Position numbers and translations under genes: made by a program
Notes under the pieces: model-generated
The model's input: only the letters and a program-made list of their open reading frames with translations
What the model was told of the DNA's origin: nothing
Database searches by the model: none
Shown here: positions 1 to 12,116 of the stretch, one piece after another
How the letters are laid out: the number at the start of each line of letters is the position of its first letter
Position numbering within the stretch: position 1 is the stretch's first letter
NCBI GenBank assembly: GCA_002104905.1
Contig: MCFE01000203.1
Coordinates: forward strand, 1-64,000
From: Basidiobolus meristosporus CBS 931.73
Taxonomy: Eukaryota > Fungi > Basidiobolomycota
Length of the DNA: 64,000 nucleotides
Direction of reading: 5' to 3'

Positions 1-520
1 GAGAAACTTGAACCTTTGTTGGCTTGTTACAGTAGCTTGAGTGGAAGTTATGGGTTGTGACTACAGAAGTTGGTTTTGAGATTTTACATGAATAGAGTAC
101 TCCCTGTTGACACATATCCTCAAGACTCTAGCAGTAGAATAATGTGAGGATATGCTGAGAAGACTTGCTGGTGAGAGGCTAGATGCTATTGCACTCCCAG
201 GAGTCCACAATCTGTGGAAGGTAACAAGGAACAAATGCCACACATCTGCAATGTTGCTGCCAACACTATAGAAGAAGGAAAATTGTATATATCTAACTCC
301 AGCTTAGGGATTTCCCCACCTTGCTAGTAGCTTTGTATGCTAGAATTTGGCCCTAATATATTGCCCTTAACTTCTAGTGAGATAAATGGGATATAAATAT
401 GAAACTGCCTCAAAGCTCTGTAGACATATCCACTCTGATCCTGCAAGTGGATAATTATCTGTATTACAAATCATTGCACATTGAGGTATTCTCAGATTCT
501 AAATAGCCAATTGCCAGGCA
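1..520. other. CpG-free AT-rich stretch, probable edge of a degenerate transposon block
   Basis: No CG dinucleotide seen before ~523, the same composition as the TE block at 33-64 kb. No recognisable domain. Confidence 0.35.
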
Positions 521-1140
521 ATGCGTTTTGGAGCTTAGATTGAAAGATGCTACAAGCATACTAGTAGATATTTGCAAAGACAGAATAGGTTTTTTGTTAC
601 GCGTTGCAAAGAATCGAGTGTTTTCCATGTCCAGTATACTTCATTGCAAGAGAACAGCTTATAATACGTATTTTGTTATCTTAAATGCATATTATGAAAT
701 CATCTGCAGACGTGACCTCCCCTCCCCCAAGACACATATTCAGAAATAACTCTGCATCTCAAATGGAGAGTATTAATAATAACATGGCATTAATCTAAAC
801 AAAACCTGCCTCATATGGACTTGCTTACTCATCAGTAAACGTTTGAGCAATCTCTATGGGCAATTACTGGCAAATAGCCCCGCATAAAAGGATTTCGCTA
901 CTTGCACTATAACAATGTACCTAACCCTCCTGATTTGTGGTATCAGGCAACCTTATTGCAGTCGTACTGGTTTGCATAGTTGCACGGCGTTGGGTGAAAA
1001 TACTCTTACCGCTCACATGGTCAAATATACTTTCTGGTCTTTCAAGGCAGTAAACCACACAGATGATTTGTACATGTAAGGCGTGCGCTGAAGTATCCAC
1101 TTATGCGAGTAATCCGCCCCGAATTAATTCTAGACATGAT

Positions 1141-1194
1141 CACTGTGGTACACGAATATTATCAGCGCACAGTGGTACACAGATATTACCAGCG
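1141..1194. repeat. Imperfect 27-bp tandem direct repeat (2 copies) upstream of the GPCR gene
   Basis: cactgtggtacacgaatattatcagcg followed by cacagtggtacacagatattaccagcg (4 mismatches). Confidence 0.6.
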
Positions 1195-1510
1195 TAATGA
1201 ATTTTGTGTGGTTGAGAAGGGAGACGAATCGACAAAAATGGTTAGCCATTCAAGATTTTACTTGCACCTACCAGTCCCCGGGCCCCAGCGATCATACATT
1301 CTAATTTTAGGTTTGATTTGGCCCCAACACAAGGATTCAGCTACTGGGCAGGAAGCTTATTTTATCCCTATTTAGGAAAGAGACGGCAATTGTATTTATC
1401 TCAACCACCAACCACAGCCTGCAAAATAAATGAGCCATCCCCCGGTTCCCGCATATAATTAGAGAACACCTCTCTGTCAGTACTCCAGTTCACTCATTGC
1501 CATTCTGAAT

Positions 1511-2776
1511 ATGCAAGTTCGGTGGTTTGCTTGTCTGCTGGTTTTCCTTGCATTTTTCACTCTATCTCTGAATGCGGCAGGGCCACCAGATACGACGTCT
1601 GTAAATGCTCATGCGCCCACCAAAACTGAGGGAGCCCATTCTACTCCCGTTGCCAGCGGTCACGACAACACAAAAGCCAAGCAAGATGTAGCCACCGGAC
1701 ATGGTGGCAAAAAGGGCGAGGATGGAGGCTCCACTTCCGAGCACGGTAGCGAAGGCCAGGAAGAAGAGGGAAACCACCGCTTCTCCGACTTTGCTCCACA
1801 CGGGTCCATCTTCTTCTACCTTTTTACTACCATCACTGCCACATTGAATATTTGCTGCTCTGCCGCCGTAATCTACACGTCATATACAGACTACCAGGAG
1901 ATCAAGTATCAGAATGCACATCTCCGTAAGAAGCCACATTTGTCCTCTTCCATCCGGTTTCCGTTCTATATCGCCATGCTCGATCTTTTCCTGGGCTTCG
2001 TTACTCTATTCATGGTGTCAGACACCATGTATTTTGACGAGCTTCCTTCAAGCAAAGTGTGCGCTGTCATTGGTGGCATAATGTACCTTGGAATTCTGGT
2101 GGAAATGACTGTGGTTGGAACGGTGGCGGCTGTGACCTATCTGCAGTTGGCGTTGAAAATCGACATCTACCTCGGCCGCTGGGATTGGAAAGTCTGGGTT
2201 GCCTGTGTTTTGAGTTGTTTGACCATTGCCGTGATTGGAATTGCTACGGATGGGTTCGGTCCGGATTTGTACTGGTGTCTGGTGAACGAACACACAGAGG
2301 CAGGCCATGTGTTTCTCAAGCTCTTTCTAGGCATCCACTATGCTGTTCTGGCCATTGTGCTTGTAAGTTACTTGGGCGTCCTATTTAACATGGTTCGCAA
2401 CCCATCAGCACACCACGACCACGGCCCAGCCCACGAGTCTGGCAAAATCAAGCGGACGATTACAGTGGGTGTTCGTCGCACGCTCACCGTACGTGAGGCC
2501 GTTCTGCATCATCAAAAGCACACGGAGCACTTGGGAATGGCCCTTTTCCTTCACGTATTCCACTTCACCCCCGCCATTATCCATATGATTCTGCAGCTGA
2601 AAAACTATCACCGTGCCTGGGTGTATGTGCTGGCTGCTGCCTTCATCCAATTGGGCGGCGTTCTAAACGGGTTCGAGGTGTTCATGCACCGCAAGAAACC
2701 ACACGCGCGTCATCGGTACAAAAACCTGGAGGAGGAGTACCCGGTTGAAGAGCTACCCCGTATCCCATCACACTAA
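1511..2776 (+). CDS. Fungal 7TM G-protein-coupled receptor-like protein (Git3/cAMP-receptor-like) with signal peptide, single exon
   Basis: 421-aa ORF: hydrophobic signal peptide, hydrophilic N-terminus, then about 7 hydrophobic segments. Motifs RFPFYIAMLD, C in CAVIGG and FGPDLYWC are typical of fungal GPCR-like proteins. Confidence 0.75.
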   Translation: MQVRWFACLLVFLAFFTLSLNAAGPPDTTSVNAHAPTKTEGAHSTPVASGHDNTKAKQDVATGHGGKKGEDGGSTSEHGSEGQEEEGNHRFSDFAPHGSIFFYLFTTITATLNICCSAAVIYTSYTDYQEIKYQNAHLRKKPHLSSSIRFPFYIAMLDLFLGFVTLFMVSDTMYFDELPSSKVCAVIGGIMYLGILVEMTVVGTVAAVTYLQLALKIDIYLGRWDWKVWVACVLSCLTIAVIGIATDGFGPDLYWCLVNEHTEAGHVFLKLFLGIHYAVLAIVLVSYLGVLFNMVRNPSAHHDHGPAHESGKIKRTITVGVRRTLTVREAVLHHQKHTEHLGMALFLHVFHFTPAIIHMILQLKNYHRAWVYVLAAAFIQLGGVLNGFEVFMHRKKPHARHRYKNLEEEYPVEELPRIPSH

Positions 2777-3412
2777 AGCTCTTGGAATACCGTGGGAAGC
2801 GCCGTCAACTACGCTTCCGTTCCATCATACCGATTGTACAAATATTCAATCATTTGTTTGTATATTCATTATATCCCACTTCAATATCGATGTTGTACCT
2901 TTAGCAATTGATGTGTTGACCATGTCATCTCTATAAAGACGCTTTCCCTTCATACGGGCCAAGTGGGGTTCTGGGTTTTTGACCATCATTGAACTCCAAT
3001 GCTATACGTAATGTGTGGAATTTTTTTTCATCCAGGATTTACTACTCATTGGCAAAGCCGATAATGACTAGACTTGAGAAAATACCATCGAAAATAATCT
3101 CCATGCTATACGTCACTTGGCTGAAATCGTCATGGGTGGCTTAGAAATGGTCACCAAAATACTGGAGTTTCTTCAATAGTAATTGAAGCTGAAACACTAC
3201 AGGTGGCTTTTGAAATCGATCCCTTTAATGTGCCATGCATATATACAAGAGTGATGCGTCCTAAAATGGGCTCGAAGCTGATCCGTGGTCACATGACTCA
3301 CCGGGAGCTTACATCATCGCATACAGTTATGCTTAATATTCTTTATAAATTGGCTGAAGGTGAGTACTGGTTAACTGATAGCAATTACCACTGATCTATA
3401 TACTTTCTCGGA

Positions 3413-4090
3413 ATGTCTGTCACTAACGTAGTTGAATCGCGCGTCATCAAAGCACCCATCGAAACAGTATGGGACTATGTTAAAGACTGTGATTTCAAAT
3501 TTTGGAAGATTGTGCAGAGCGCCAAAGTGGAGAATGGAAGCCCTGCTGAAGGTATTCTTCATGGGGTCAGAACTGCCGAGCGGAGATTAATCATTGCCTT
3601 ATAGTCGGATCAACACGTAAAGTTACCTTCAAGGTTTCTAGTCGACTCTTCTTATCCACTCCTCGTCTTTTCCCCCCTCATTAACCTGTTGGCTTAGGAC
3701 GGCACGGTTACTCTCTACAAAATCATTGAGAGATCAGGTATCAATCGGATTTTTTTGATATCTTGGAGTCTTTAAACTCATTTAACCTCAAGATATCCGC
3801 CACTTCGTAACGTATGAGGCGATCGAGTCGGATCCACCGATAAGTGTTCTCTCAGCAATGCACACCTTCAGACTTACTCGCGTTACTCATGTAACTTCAT
3901 ATTTTCAATGATCTTTTTGGCTCTTTTGGTATAACAAATCCTTGTAAATCCATAGGATAACAGCACCTTTGTGGAGTGGGTCAGTGATTATAGTTCCGAT
4001 GGGGGCCAGGCTGTGATTGAAGATAGCCGTTACAAGAAGCAGGATGGGTTGGAGGATCTCAGCAAAATCACCACAAAACAACCCTTGTAA
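3413..4090 (+). CDS. SRPBCC/Bet v1-like (polyketide cyclase 2 family) small protein, 5 exons
   Basis: Spliced via GT-AG introns: MSVTNVVESRVIKAPIETVWDYVK...EVGSTRKVTFK/DGTVTLYKIIERS/DIRHFVTYEAIESDPP...RVTH/DNSTFVEWVSDYSSDGGQAVIEDSRYKK...PL*. Confidence 0.85.
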
Positions 4091-4213
4091 ATGATACTTG
4101 ACGCACACAAGATGATTCCTCAGTTATATCACTCGAAGTAAACAACCGATCCCATCAACTCTTTTATTAAAATTACAGAGAATTATATACTTTTAGAGTC
4201 ATTACTCCTGAAT

Positions 4214-5275
4214 TTAAAGGAATGCTCCAAATCCAAATGTGGCCTTGATGGGATTCCAGTAGTATTGGGTCCAGTTTCCACGGGTTACATCCTCTTCACC
4301 CAGAGGGACACCTTTTTGAGTTCAGATGAAGCTTGACGCCATCAGAGCCTTGATCCAACTCCATGGCGACATCAGAGAAGTGGCCTTCTGGCCAAGCCTT
4401 GGAACGCCATTTCATTGTGATTTTCTTATCCTGAACAGCCTCAACGACACTGCCACTAATGTTGCCACCGAAGAACTCGAATGGGCTGTTGCTCTCTCTT
4501 GAAATCTTGGCCGACCCACGAGTCCAGGCCGATACTCGCTGTTGATCCAATAAGGTCTCATAAATATCATGTGCGCTCGCAACAAACTCGATAGTTTCTC
4601 TCAAAGTGGTGGTGTTGATTGCTTGTGATTTCTTGGATGCACTAGCGTTGTTGGCTCCAGTATTGCTTTGTGTTTTGCCATTACTCTTAGTAACAGTAGC
4701 AGTTTCTGGTGCAGGGCAGGAGCAGGAGAGGAGGTTCGTAATTCTGAAGCCTCGATGTAGACGTCCTTTGCGTGAGCTATCAGATAAAATTAGTGGCGAG
4801 CAAGGATGAGACAAGGGCATAAGCGTGGGTAGCTACCTTCGATGAGGTCATTGGTAAAGAGGGAAAGCTTCTCACGGATGACCTTGGTGAGTTTTGTGCG
4901 TACCACCTCTTTGATAACCCGTTTTTCCCTAGTCTCTTCGTCGATAGAGATCTCAAATACGTAGTCCTCAATTTCCGAGTCATGCGCCACCTCTGGGATA
5001 TTGATTTTACCCTTGGCTTCGGTACCGTCAGGAGAAGAGCCAGACCATTCCAAAGTCAAGGAAAGGTCGTACAAGGTGAGGATCTTGCCCTTACGCTGGT
5101 TCAAGTCAACGTCGCCATCAACCTTGGTCACTGAGGTGGTTTTGACGGTGATTCCGTTTTCCTCAGCCGTGAGGTCCTTCAACTCCCGGGCGAAGTATTG
5201 TTTAGCCCAAGGGGCGCAATTCTTCTCAGTCCAGTGCCAGTTGTTGACATTTTTCCAGTTGGCCATGGTGCTCAT
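4214..5275 (-). CDS. AHA1: Hsp90 ATPase activator Aha1, with an apparent 1-nt insertion at ~4321
   Basis: N-terminal NWKNVNNWHWTEKN and DVDLNQRKGK motifs, then an intron, then the AHSA1 domain (SAWTRG, WRSKAWPEGHFS). The conserved tail TQKGVPLGEEDVTRGNWTQYYWNPIKATFGFGAFL* lies in a shifted frame. Confidence 0.93.
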
Positions 5276-5476
5276 GTTGGCTTCAGATTACGATATGCGC
5301 TAAAGACTAAACAACGGGTATGGTGGAGGGGTATCTATAATGAGATAAAGGGAACCTCCAAGGCTGTACGGTAATAACTGGTGAAGCGGACCAGCTGAGA
5401 GGTAGGTGTAATATTGAGTCGAAAAAAATTCATACCATCCAATCCACTTTGAGAATTCTCGACACACTTAAATAAA

Positions 5477-5491
5477 CTTCCAGAAATTTCC
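5477..5491. promoter_or_regulatory. Heat shock element (three inverted nGAAn units) ~200 bp upstream of AHA1
   Basis: cTTCc-aGAAa-tTTCc is a perfect 3-unit HSE. Aha1 is an Hsp90 co-chaperone, so HSF control is expected. Confidence 0.7.
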
Positions 5492-6008
5492 TTAACAGCC
5501 AAGGTTCCTATCAATTACACAACTAACCAACCAGTTTATTTTAACCAGAGTTTGGCCAAGTCGATAATGCACTTGCAAATGCCCCTTTTGGGGATAGTCG
5601 CAGGGATGTGGCAGTACATTGTGTCATCAAGCTTGTGTGCATCGCACATCGGATTGCTGTACCTTCTACTCCACTCCACCCTCCCACCCTCCCTCCAAAC
5701 AACCCTGTGCCGTTGAAAGTAGGATGCCAATACGTATTTCCAGCGCTCCTAAGGATGTTGTTGATAGCACCGTGGAGCCAAGCATTTAATGTATACAAGG
5801 GGGCTAGGTAGGTGGTGACGCAAATAGGATTGATTGGACAGAAATAGCCCTCGAACATAGAATGCCAATAAAATCTTATAGCTTTACCATGAAAAGAAAT
5901 GATTAATTCTTCGTGTATCTTCACAAGTGATCGCTTCATCCTTTTTATTAATACCACCTCTCTCCTCCCTTAGTCAGTTGACCCTTTTCCACTCACTAAG
6001 CGCTTGAC

Positions 6009-6839
6009 ATGTCCGCTTTAACAACTGGTAGAGTTGGGAGCTTGACTCCTGAGCAAGAGACCACCCTTGCCCAATTCAAAAAAGAGATCACCGAAGAAGG
6101 GTTCTTCGTCCCAGAGCGTCACGATGATTACTGCCTGCTCCGTTTCTTGAGAGCCAGAAAGTTTGACATCCCAGCTACCAAGAAGATGTTCATCGATTTC
6201 GAGAACTGGCGCAAGGAGTTCCAAGTGGATGACCTGGTCCAGAACTTCGAGTTCACCGAGGCCGCCGAGGTGCAGAAGGTGTACCCCCGCTTCTACCACA
6301 AGACCGACAAGGAGGGTCGCCCCGTCTACATTGAGCGTGTGGGTAGCTTGGATTTGAAGAAGCTGTTTGCCATCACCGACGAAGAGCGTCTCACCAAAAA
6401 CCACGTCGTCAGTTACGAAGTGCTGTTGAATCAACGTTTCCCAGCCTGTACCGCCAAAGCAGGTCACCATATCGAGACCAGTTGTACCATCATCGACTTG
6501 AAGGGCGTGTCGCTGATGTCCTTCCCCCAAGTCGCTGGTATGATCAAGCGCACCTCCACCATCGCACAGAACTACTACCCAGAGATCCTTGGCCGCATGT
6601 TCATCATCAACGCCCCCATGCTCTTCTCTTCAGTCTGGAAGCTTATCACCCCCTTCTTGGATGAGGTGACCGTCAGCAAAATCTTTATTCTAGGCTCTGG
6701 ATACAAATCGAAGCTTCTTGAGTACATCGATGCCGAGAACCTCCCCGCCTTCTTGAATGGACAATGCTCTTGCCCAGGAGGTTGCGAAGTCAGCGACGAA
6801 GGACCATGGAAGGAGAAGTATGGAAAACTGAAGGCCTGA
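6009..6839 (+). CDS. SEC14: Sec14 phosphatidylinositol/phosphatidylcholine transfer protein, single exon
   Basis: 276 aa with LLRFLRARKFD, YPRFYHKTDKEGRPVYIE, QNYYPEILGRMFIINAP and C-terminal SDEGPW. Confidence 0.97.
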   Translation: MSALTTGRVGSLTPEQETTLAQFKKEITEEGFFVPERHDDYCLLRFLRARKFDIPATKKMFIDFENWRKEFQVDDLVQNFEFTEAAEVQKVYPRFYHKTDKEGRPVYIERVGSLDLKKLFAITDEERLTKNHVVSYEVLLNQRFPACTAKAGHHIETSCTIIDLKGVSLMSFPQVAGMIKRTSTIAQNYYPEILGRMFIINAPMLFSSVWKLITPFLDEVTVSKIFILGSGYKSKLLEYIDAENLPAFLNGQCSCPGGCEVSDEGPWKEKYGKLKA

Positions 6840-7392
6840 AGAGAAATCCAAAGCTCGACTCCCTGCCACGTTTACCCTACTGTTCACACACCGTTTCTCC
6901 CCTTCTTCCAAACCCACCATCTATCCAGGAGAATATTATTATTACCATTACCATTACAAATACAAACACAAACACAATACAAACTCCAAATACAATTCCG
7001 AGCGATCGCTCGAACTGTTCTCTCAGCAGGTGGTGTCGATCTAAGCAATCGTTGTAAGCATTGCTACTTGTGGAAGGGATCGGATAGGCAATTGCGGCTA
7101 ATCAGAGATGCTTGACCAATGCTACCCTTATTGGATTGCCCTTTTGGACGAATTAATTAAACATCGTGAAGTGCGGTAGGGTAAACAGGGGGGACGAGTG
7201 CTGATTGGCCTATATGGGGTGGATTCATTATTGTGGTTCCAGGAAGTTCAAGTGCTCTGCGTGAAATATGGGAGATTCCACATGCAGGATTATTTTAAAG
7301 AGCCTGGTAAGATTCCATATGCAGGTTTATTTTAAAGAACCTAGTAAGGAAACAGTGGCCTAACCAATCTCTCTCACATCTCAATTCCTGCT

Positions 7393-8866
7393 ATGACCAC
7401 TACCGAAAGAAAAGAGGTGAATGTGCAGCACGTCATTGACCCAGCTCCCACCCCTCCTAACCGCTTTACTCCCCATCCAGACCGGCCTTAGTGGCTATGT
7501 GGGTTTCGAGACCATCACGGAGCAGATAGAGAAAAAGTTCCTTAAGAGGGGCTTTCAATTGAACATCATGGTGGTTGGTAAGAGGTTTCAGACCAAGCGA
7601 GAGACCAACCTTGCCTGAACGCTAACGGGGTCCTCTAGGTGAAACCGGCTTAGGCAAGTCTACCCTCATCAACACCCTGTTCTCCGCCCACCTAGTGGAC
7701 AGTAAGGGACGCCGTTTGGTTTCTGAGCCCATACACAAGACGTTGGACATCAACTCCGCAACACACAGTAAGCGCCCTTCGCTCTTTATCTCAGGTAGCA
7801 TGGCTGACGTTGGCGCTCCACCCCCCCCAGACATCACCGAGAACGGGGTCAAACTCAAGCTGACCATTGTCGATACCCCTGGCTTTGGGGATCAAGTCAA
7901 CAACGATAACTGGTACGGAACAGGGATCTTTTATGTCGAGAGTCGGCCCACTAACGACCACACTTAGCTGGGAAGGCATTATCAAATATCTCAAAGACCA
8001 GCACGCTGCTTATCTGAGAAAGGAGCTCACGGCCACCCGGAATCGGTTCATCGACGACACCAGGATCCATTGTTGCCTGTTCTTCATCGCGCCCACCGGC
8101 CACTCGTGAGTAGTTTTGTTGCTGTTGACTTGTGATAAAGCGGTATTAACAGTCGCCCAGCCTGAAGCCCATCGACATCCTGGTTCTCAAGAAGCTGACC
8201 GAGGTTGTCAACGTTGTTCCCGTGATTGCCAAGTCCGACTCCTTGACTCCCGAGGAACGCCAAGCCTTTAAGCAAAGGGTAAGCGGGGGGGGAATACCTC
8301 GGCCATCCTACAGGTACTTACCTTTGGTTCAGATCAAGGAGGAATTTATTCATCACGACATCAAGCTCTATCCTTACGACAGTCCCGAGGATGAAGAGGA
8401 GGATATCGCGCTGAACAAGCAGATCAGAGTAAGTTTCCAGCGGATGTTCTAGGAGGCTGCTTGCCAGATTCTCACTGCATGATAGGAGTTGATTCCGTTC
8501 GCGGTCGTTGGCTCGGAAAAGGACGTGATCATCGACGAAAAGCCGGTCCGAGGACGCCGTAATAGATGGGGAGTCATCAATGGTACGTATGTTGTGTGCG
8601 GGGTGGCTTGGACTTTGTACTGAAGAGCGGCCCATCTAGTTGAGGACGAGAGCCATTGCGAGTTCGTGCATCTCAGAAACTTCCTGACCAGGTAGGTATC
8701 AGCAAGCCACGCTGCCCTCTCACCAACGGATCATGCTGAGCATTCCACGTTTAGATCCCACCTCCAAGACTTGATTGAGACCACCGCCTACATTCACTAT
8801 GAGGGCTTCCGCGCACGACAGCTGCTTGCCTTGCGAGATGACGGGGAACAGCCACAGGCAAATTAA
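7393..8866 (+). CDS. CDC10: Septin, Cdc10 group, multi-exon
   Basis: Spliced exons give GYVGFETITEQIEKK..RGFQLNIMVVGETGLGKSTLINTLF (G1), DTPGFGD (G3), IAKSDSLT (G4), GRRNRWG and HYEGFRARQL, with no C-terminal coiled coil. The first micro-exon is less certain. Confidence 0.93.
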
Positions 8867-9017
8867 GCATGTTCATCGAGTATATATTCCCTCTCCCGTG
8901 CCCGCCACCAATCCTAATCGTGGCCATTCCCCTTATTAGTATAATTTAAACAATCAATAAACCGCACAATCATTTATTTATTGATCGAGCTCCCAATGAA
9001 TCCATCCTTGCTCCAAC

Positions 9018-10125
9018 ATGTACACAAACAGTCTAGCCGCCGGCCAGGTGGTCAACAAGTTCACCAAAGAGGAGGAGCTTCATATCTGGTCCCAGTACGA
9101 GGACCACCTGAAACGCGAGGTGAGGGAGTTCGAGTGCGGAACTTCCGAGAGAGGTAAAGATCAACGTCGTGGTCGTTTGGGCTGACCCGCTGAGCGCAAC
9201 TTTTGTTTCCCTTAGAGGCCGAAGAGGAGTTTGGAAGGTACACGGAGGAGGAGGAGGCCGAGATCTTGGTGCGTATAGACGAGCTTAAAAGGAAGCTGCT
9301 GGAGGTTGGTAGCAACAACTCCCTTAAAGAGCTGCTGTTGACCAAGTAAGTGTCTCGCCCTCGAGCCTTCCCATTACGAACTAACACCCGCATTCACTTT
9401 CACTTTCCCTTTCCCTTCCGTTTCCACTGCTGCCACTCTCAATCAAGCGTCAAGCTGGCGGCTAGTTTCAAGGAAGAAGCGACCTTTCCGAGGGAACATA
9501 TTTCCCCGCCCAGGTATACCCAGCCATAGCTATCGGTGCCAGCTCACGAGTTACTAACTAACCAGTCGATTTGTTTCTCGCTCGAACCTGGCTAGTGAGC
9601 TATTGAGCCTGGCTTCCACACGGGACGAGTTGGCGATCAACCACTTGAAGCTGGTGGAAGAGATAACCAAGGGCAAAGAAGAGCTATTGAAGCTTCAGCT
9701 AGCCAACCAAGGTACCACCATTCCAGGGGGATCCATCACGAACCCTTCCCCGCTAACCCCTTCGAACAGACATTCTGACGAAGAACCGGCTCATTCTGGG
9801 CCAGGCGACCGACCTGGAGCTTGGCCAATACGACCCGAGCCCAGACGACACCACCGACAAGGTGCGACTGAAAGAAATCCGGGAGAAATTCGAGATCTCC
9901 AGGAACGTGTTGCAGGTACCATAGTCTCTCCCATATCCTCTCTAGCAAGCGAGCACCCAGTAACCATTTATTCCCCCCCCCTTCTCCTCACACCCACCGC
10001 TCGGATAGAGCATCATTCTAGCGAGTGGTGTCGATTGGTCCAGTGACGAACATCTGGTGGAACTGATGCTGTTGATTGGGGACGAGCCCCAATCCCCAGG
10101 CGACGTGCTTTATTCAACCAGTTAA
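9018..10125 (+). CDS. CENP-H/Fta3-like coiled-coil kinetochore protein, 6 exons
   Basis: A consistent GT-AG exon chain gives a coiled-coil protein ending ...KFEISRNVLQSIILASGVDWSSDEHLVELMLLIG..., which resembles the CENP-H C-terminal IxxSGVDWxxDxxL motif (recognised from memory). Confidence 0.7.
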
Positions 10126-10152
10126 TGCGGGAAGTGGTGGGGCGACCTAGGT

Positions 10153-11213
10153 TCAGAGACGACTGGAGGTTCGCTCGTGCTGTCTGATGAAATCCATACA
10201 TTTCGTGAGGGTGGGTTCATCCCTTGGCAGGCATGGCTAGGTTCGGGTAGGGTTGAGGGTGGGGTGAGGGTGAAGGTGAAGGTGAGGTTAATCCCGTTTG
10301 CGTTTCCAGTCCCAAATAAACTGCTCCACTTACCCTCCCGGGTGCATCACAACCTTTGGTTCCACGAAACAGTCGGCGAGTAGCTGGCTTCTCTCTAATT
10401 TATTGAACTCCCCGGTCAGTGAGATGGAAATGGAAATGGCGCCTCTCGAGATGGGATGCCCACTGTACCATGTCGCATGATCTTGTCCCTCTGCCCTAGG
10501 AGATGGAGGGATGGTATCTTGAGCGAGGCGGGCTCGGTGACTAGGTCCGGGCATCTGGACTTGAACCCGCCGCAGGTGATGACGTAACGAAGGTCGGCGT
10601 TGGTTAATGGGTTCTTCTGGATATCCTTGATCAATAGAGATGTGAAGCAGGCGCCTAAATGATCGATCGATGAGTCTCTTCCCCCCCTCCTCGCTGTCCA
10701 TTCCTAGTGGGATGCTAACCTTGTGAGAAGCCCAGAATCCCATGGAAAGGTCCCTTGAATCGGAGTGATTGGTTGGTTAGTTAGTTGCCCTGTCGGGTTC
10801 CCGCGGAAACTCCAGCCCCGCCTACCTTCGTCTGGAGGGTGTCCCTGACCAACTCCAAGGAGTTTTCGTACCCGACGTACTTCGCGCCGTCCTCTACGGA
10901 CCTCCACCAGGCCCTTGCCTCACCTAAACGGAGGGGGAGGGAGGTTCAGTACAGGACAGGACAGGGCTCCAAGCGGGTCCCGGCCAAAAGCTCACCTTGA
11001 TTTCTCGGGTCGGCCGAGGCCTCTATTCTATGCGGTGCGTCCAGAAACACTAACTCTACAAGTGAGTACGGGGGAGGGGAATCTGAAGAAGGTAAAGGGC
11101 CGAGGGTTACCCAACTCCGCCAGTGGTTTTATTGTCTGTTGGAACACCTTCGAGGTGGCCGATAGAAATTCCGCGTTCTGTGTGAAGCCGTGGAGGCAGA
11201 GTATACGTTGCAT
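10153..11213 (-). CDS. FSH1: FSH1/OVCA2-family serine hydrolase, multi-exon
   Basis: RILCLHGFTQN, VFLDAPH, RAWW, GPFHGILGFSQG (nucleophile motif), IPSLHLLGQRD and HPGGH. The last exon frame is slightly uncertain. Confidence 0.88.
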
Positions 11214-11340
11214 GGTGAAGTCTCTCCACCAACTCGCGCGAGGGAGACTGATCAAATGGTGGGCACATCGCATCTTAGATAATCTGGCCAATCAAGGTGG
11301 GGGTGATGATTTGGAATCGGGATCTATCTATCAGGGGAAT

Positions 11341-12116
11341 TCATCTCAGGTTACCTAGGATCCCGCCTAGGATGGATCCCACGGTGCTGCTAACACTGGT
11401 GGGCACATTGATGGGGCAGTCGAAGTGCACCTCATTCTCGACCTCCGGCCTTATCCCTAGCCAGGAGATCAGGGGAATCTCGAGCACTGCCTGGTATCGC
11501 ATAGGGATCGGGGTCTTCTGCGGGGTGGTGATTCCACAATGGTTCAGGAACGCATTCAACGCGATCGCCACGTTCTGGTCGTCTGCGATGTTGTAGACGA
11601 GCGTGATGGGCAGCTGGAAGTCCAGGTGCCCCTTGGCGGGGAAGGTGACGGCCCGGCTCAGCGCGCCATCCCCGATCTGAACGCTGTGTCCATCCGGGGT
11701 CTGGTAAAATCCCTGTGACGAGCATGGAAACGATCGACGATTAGCCGGAGAAAGTGGCCACCCGACATGGCTGGACTTACCTTGACCGTGATGTTGTTCA
11801 CCTTGATTCCGATCAGGTTCGGGTTGTATACGTTCAGCTTCAACGCCAGCGGGATGGCGATCCCTTTCGGCACGTCCAGCACCAGCTTCGTGAGGTCCAC
11901 ACTCCCGGTCGTTTCCACCCCGTTGAATTGGACCTCCGGCTTTCCACGGGGCACACAGAAGTACAGCCCAACCGTCAGCCCGATGAGGATAAGCAGCAAG
12001 ATGGTGCCGCACACGATCTTGGATCTACGTGTCCTACAACAGCAGCAGCAGCCCCTCGGACGGTTATGGGGCTTCTCGAGCGTCTCGTAGTACTGCTCAG
12101 AGGGCTTTCTGTCCAT
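11341..12116 (-). CDS. Single-pass membrane protein with LEA_2/WHy-like domain, 2 exons
   Basis: GCCCCCR cluster, then a TM helix, then LNVYNPNLIGIKVNNITVK. Intron ~11713-11780 (gtaagt...cacag). The C-terminal domain has two Cys. Confidence 0.72.

Noticed and set aside
3413-5275. SRPBCC gene tail-to-tail with AHA1, whose C-terminal domain shares that fold
   Set aside because: No detectable sequence similarity between them, so coincidence is likely.
5541-5957. 138-aa minus-strand ORF between AHA1 and SEC14
   Set aside because: Non-ATG start, no motifs, and it lies in a divergent promoter region.
10153-10240. Alternative frame HxLPRDEPTLTK in the last FSH1 exon, suggesting an indel
   Set aside because: The unshifted frame already gives a plausible end (GGH...DFIR), so an indel cannot be supported.
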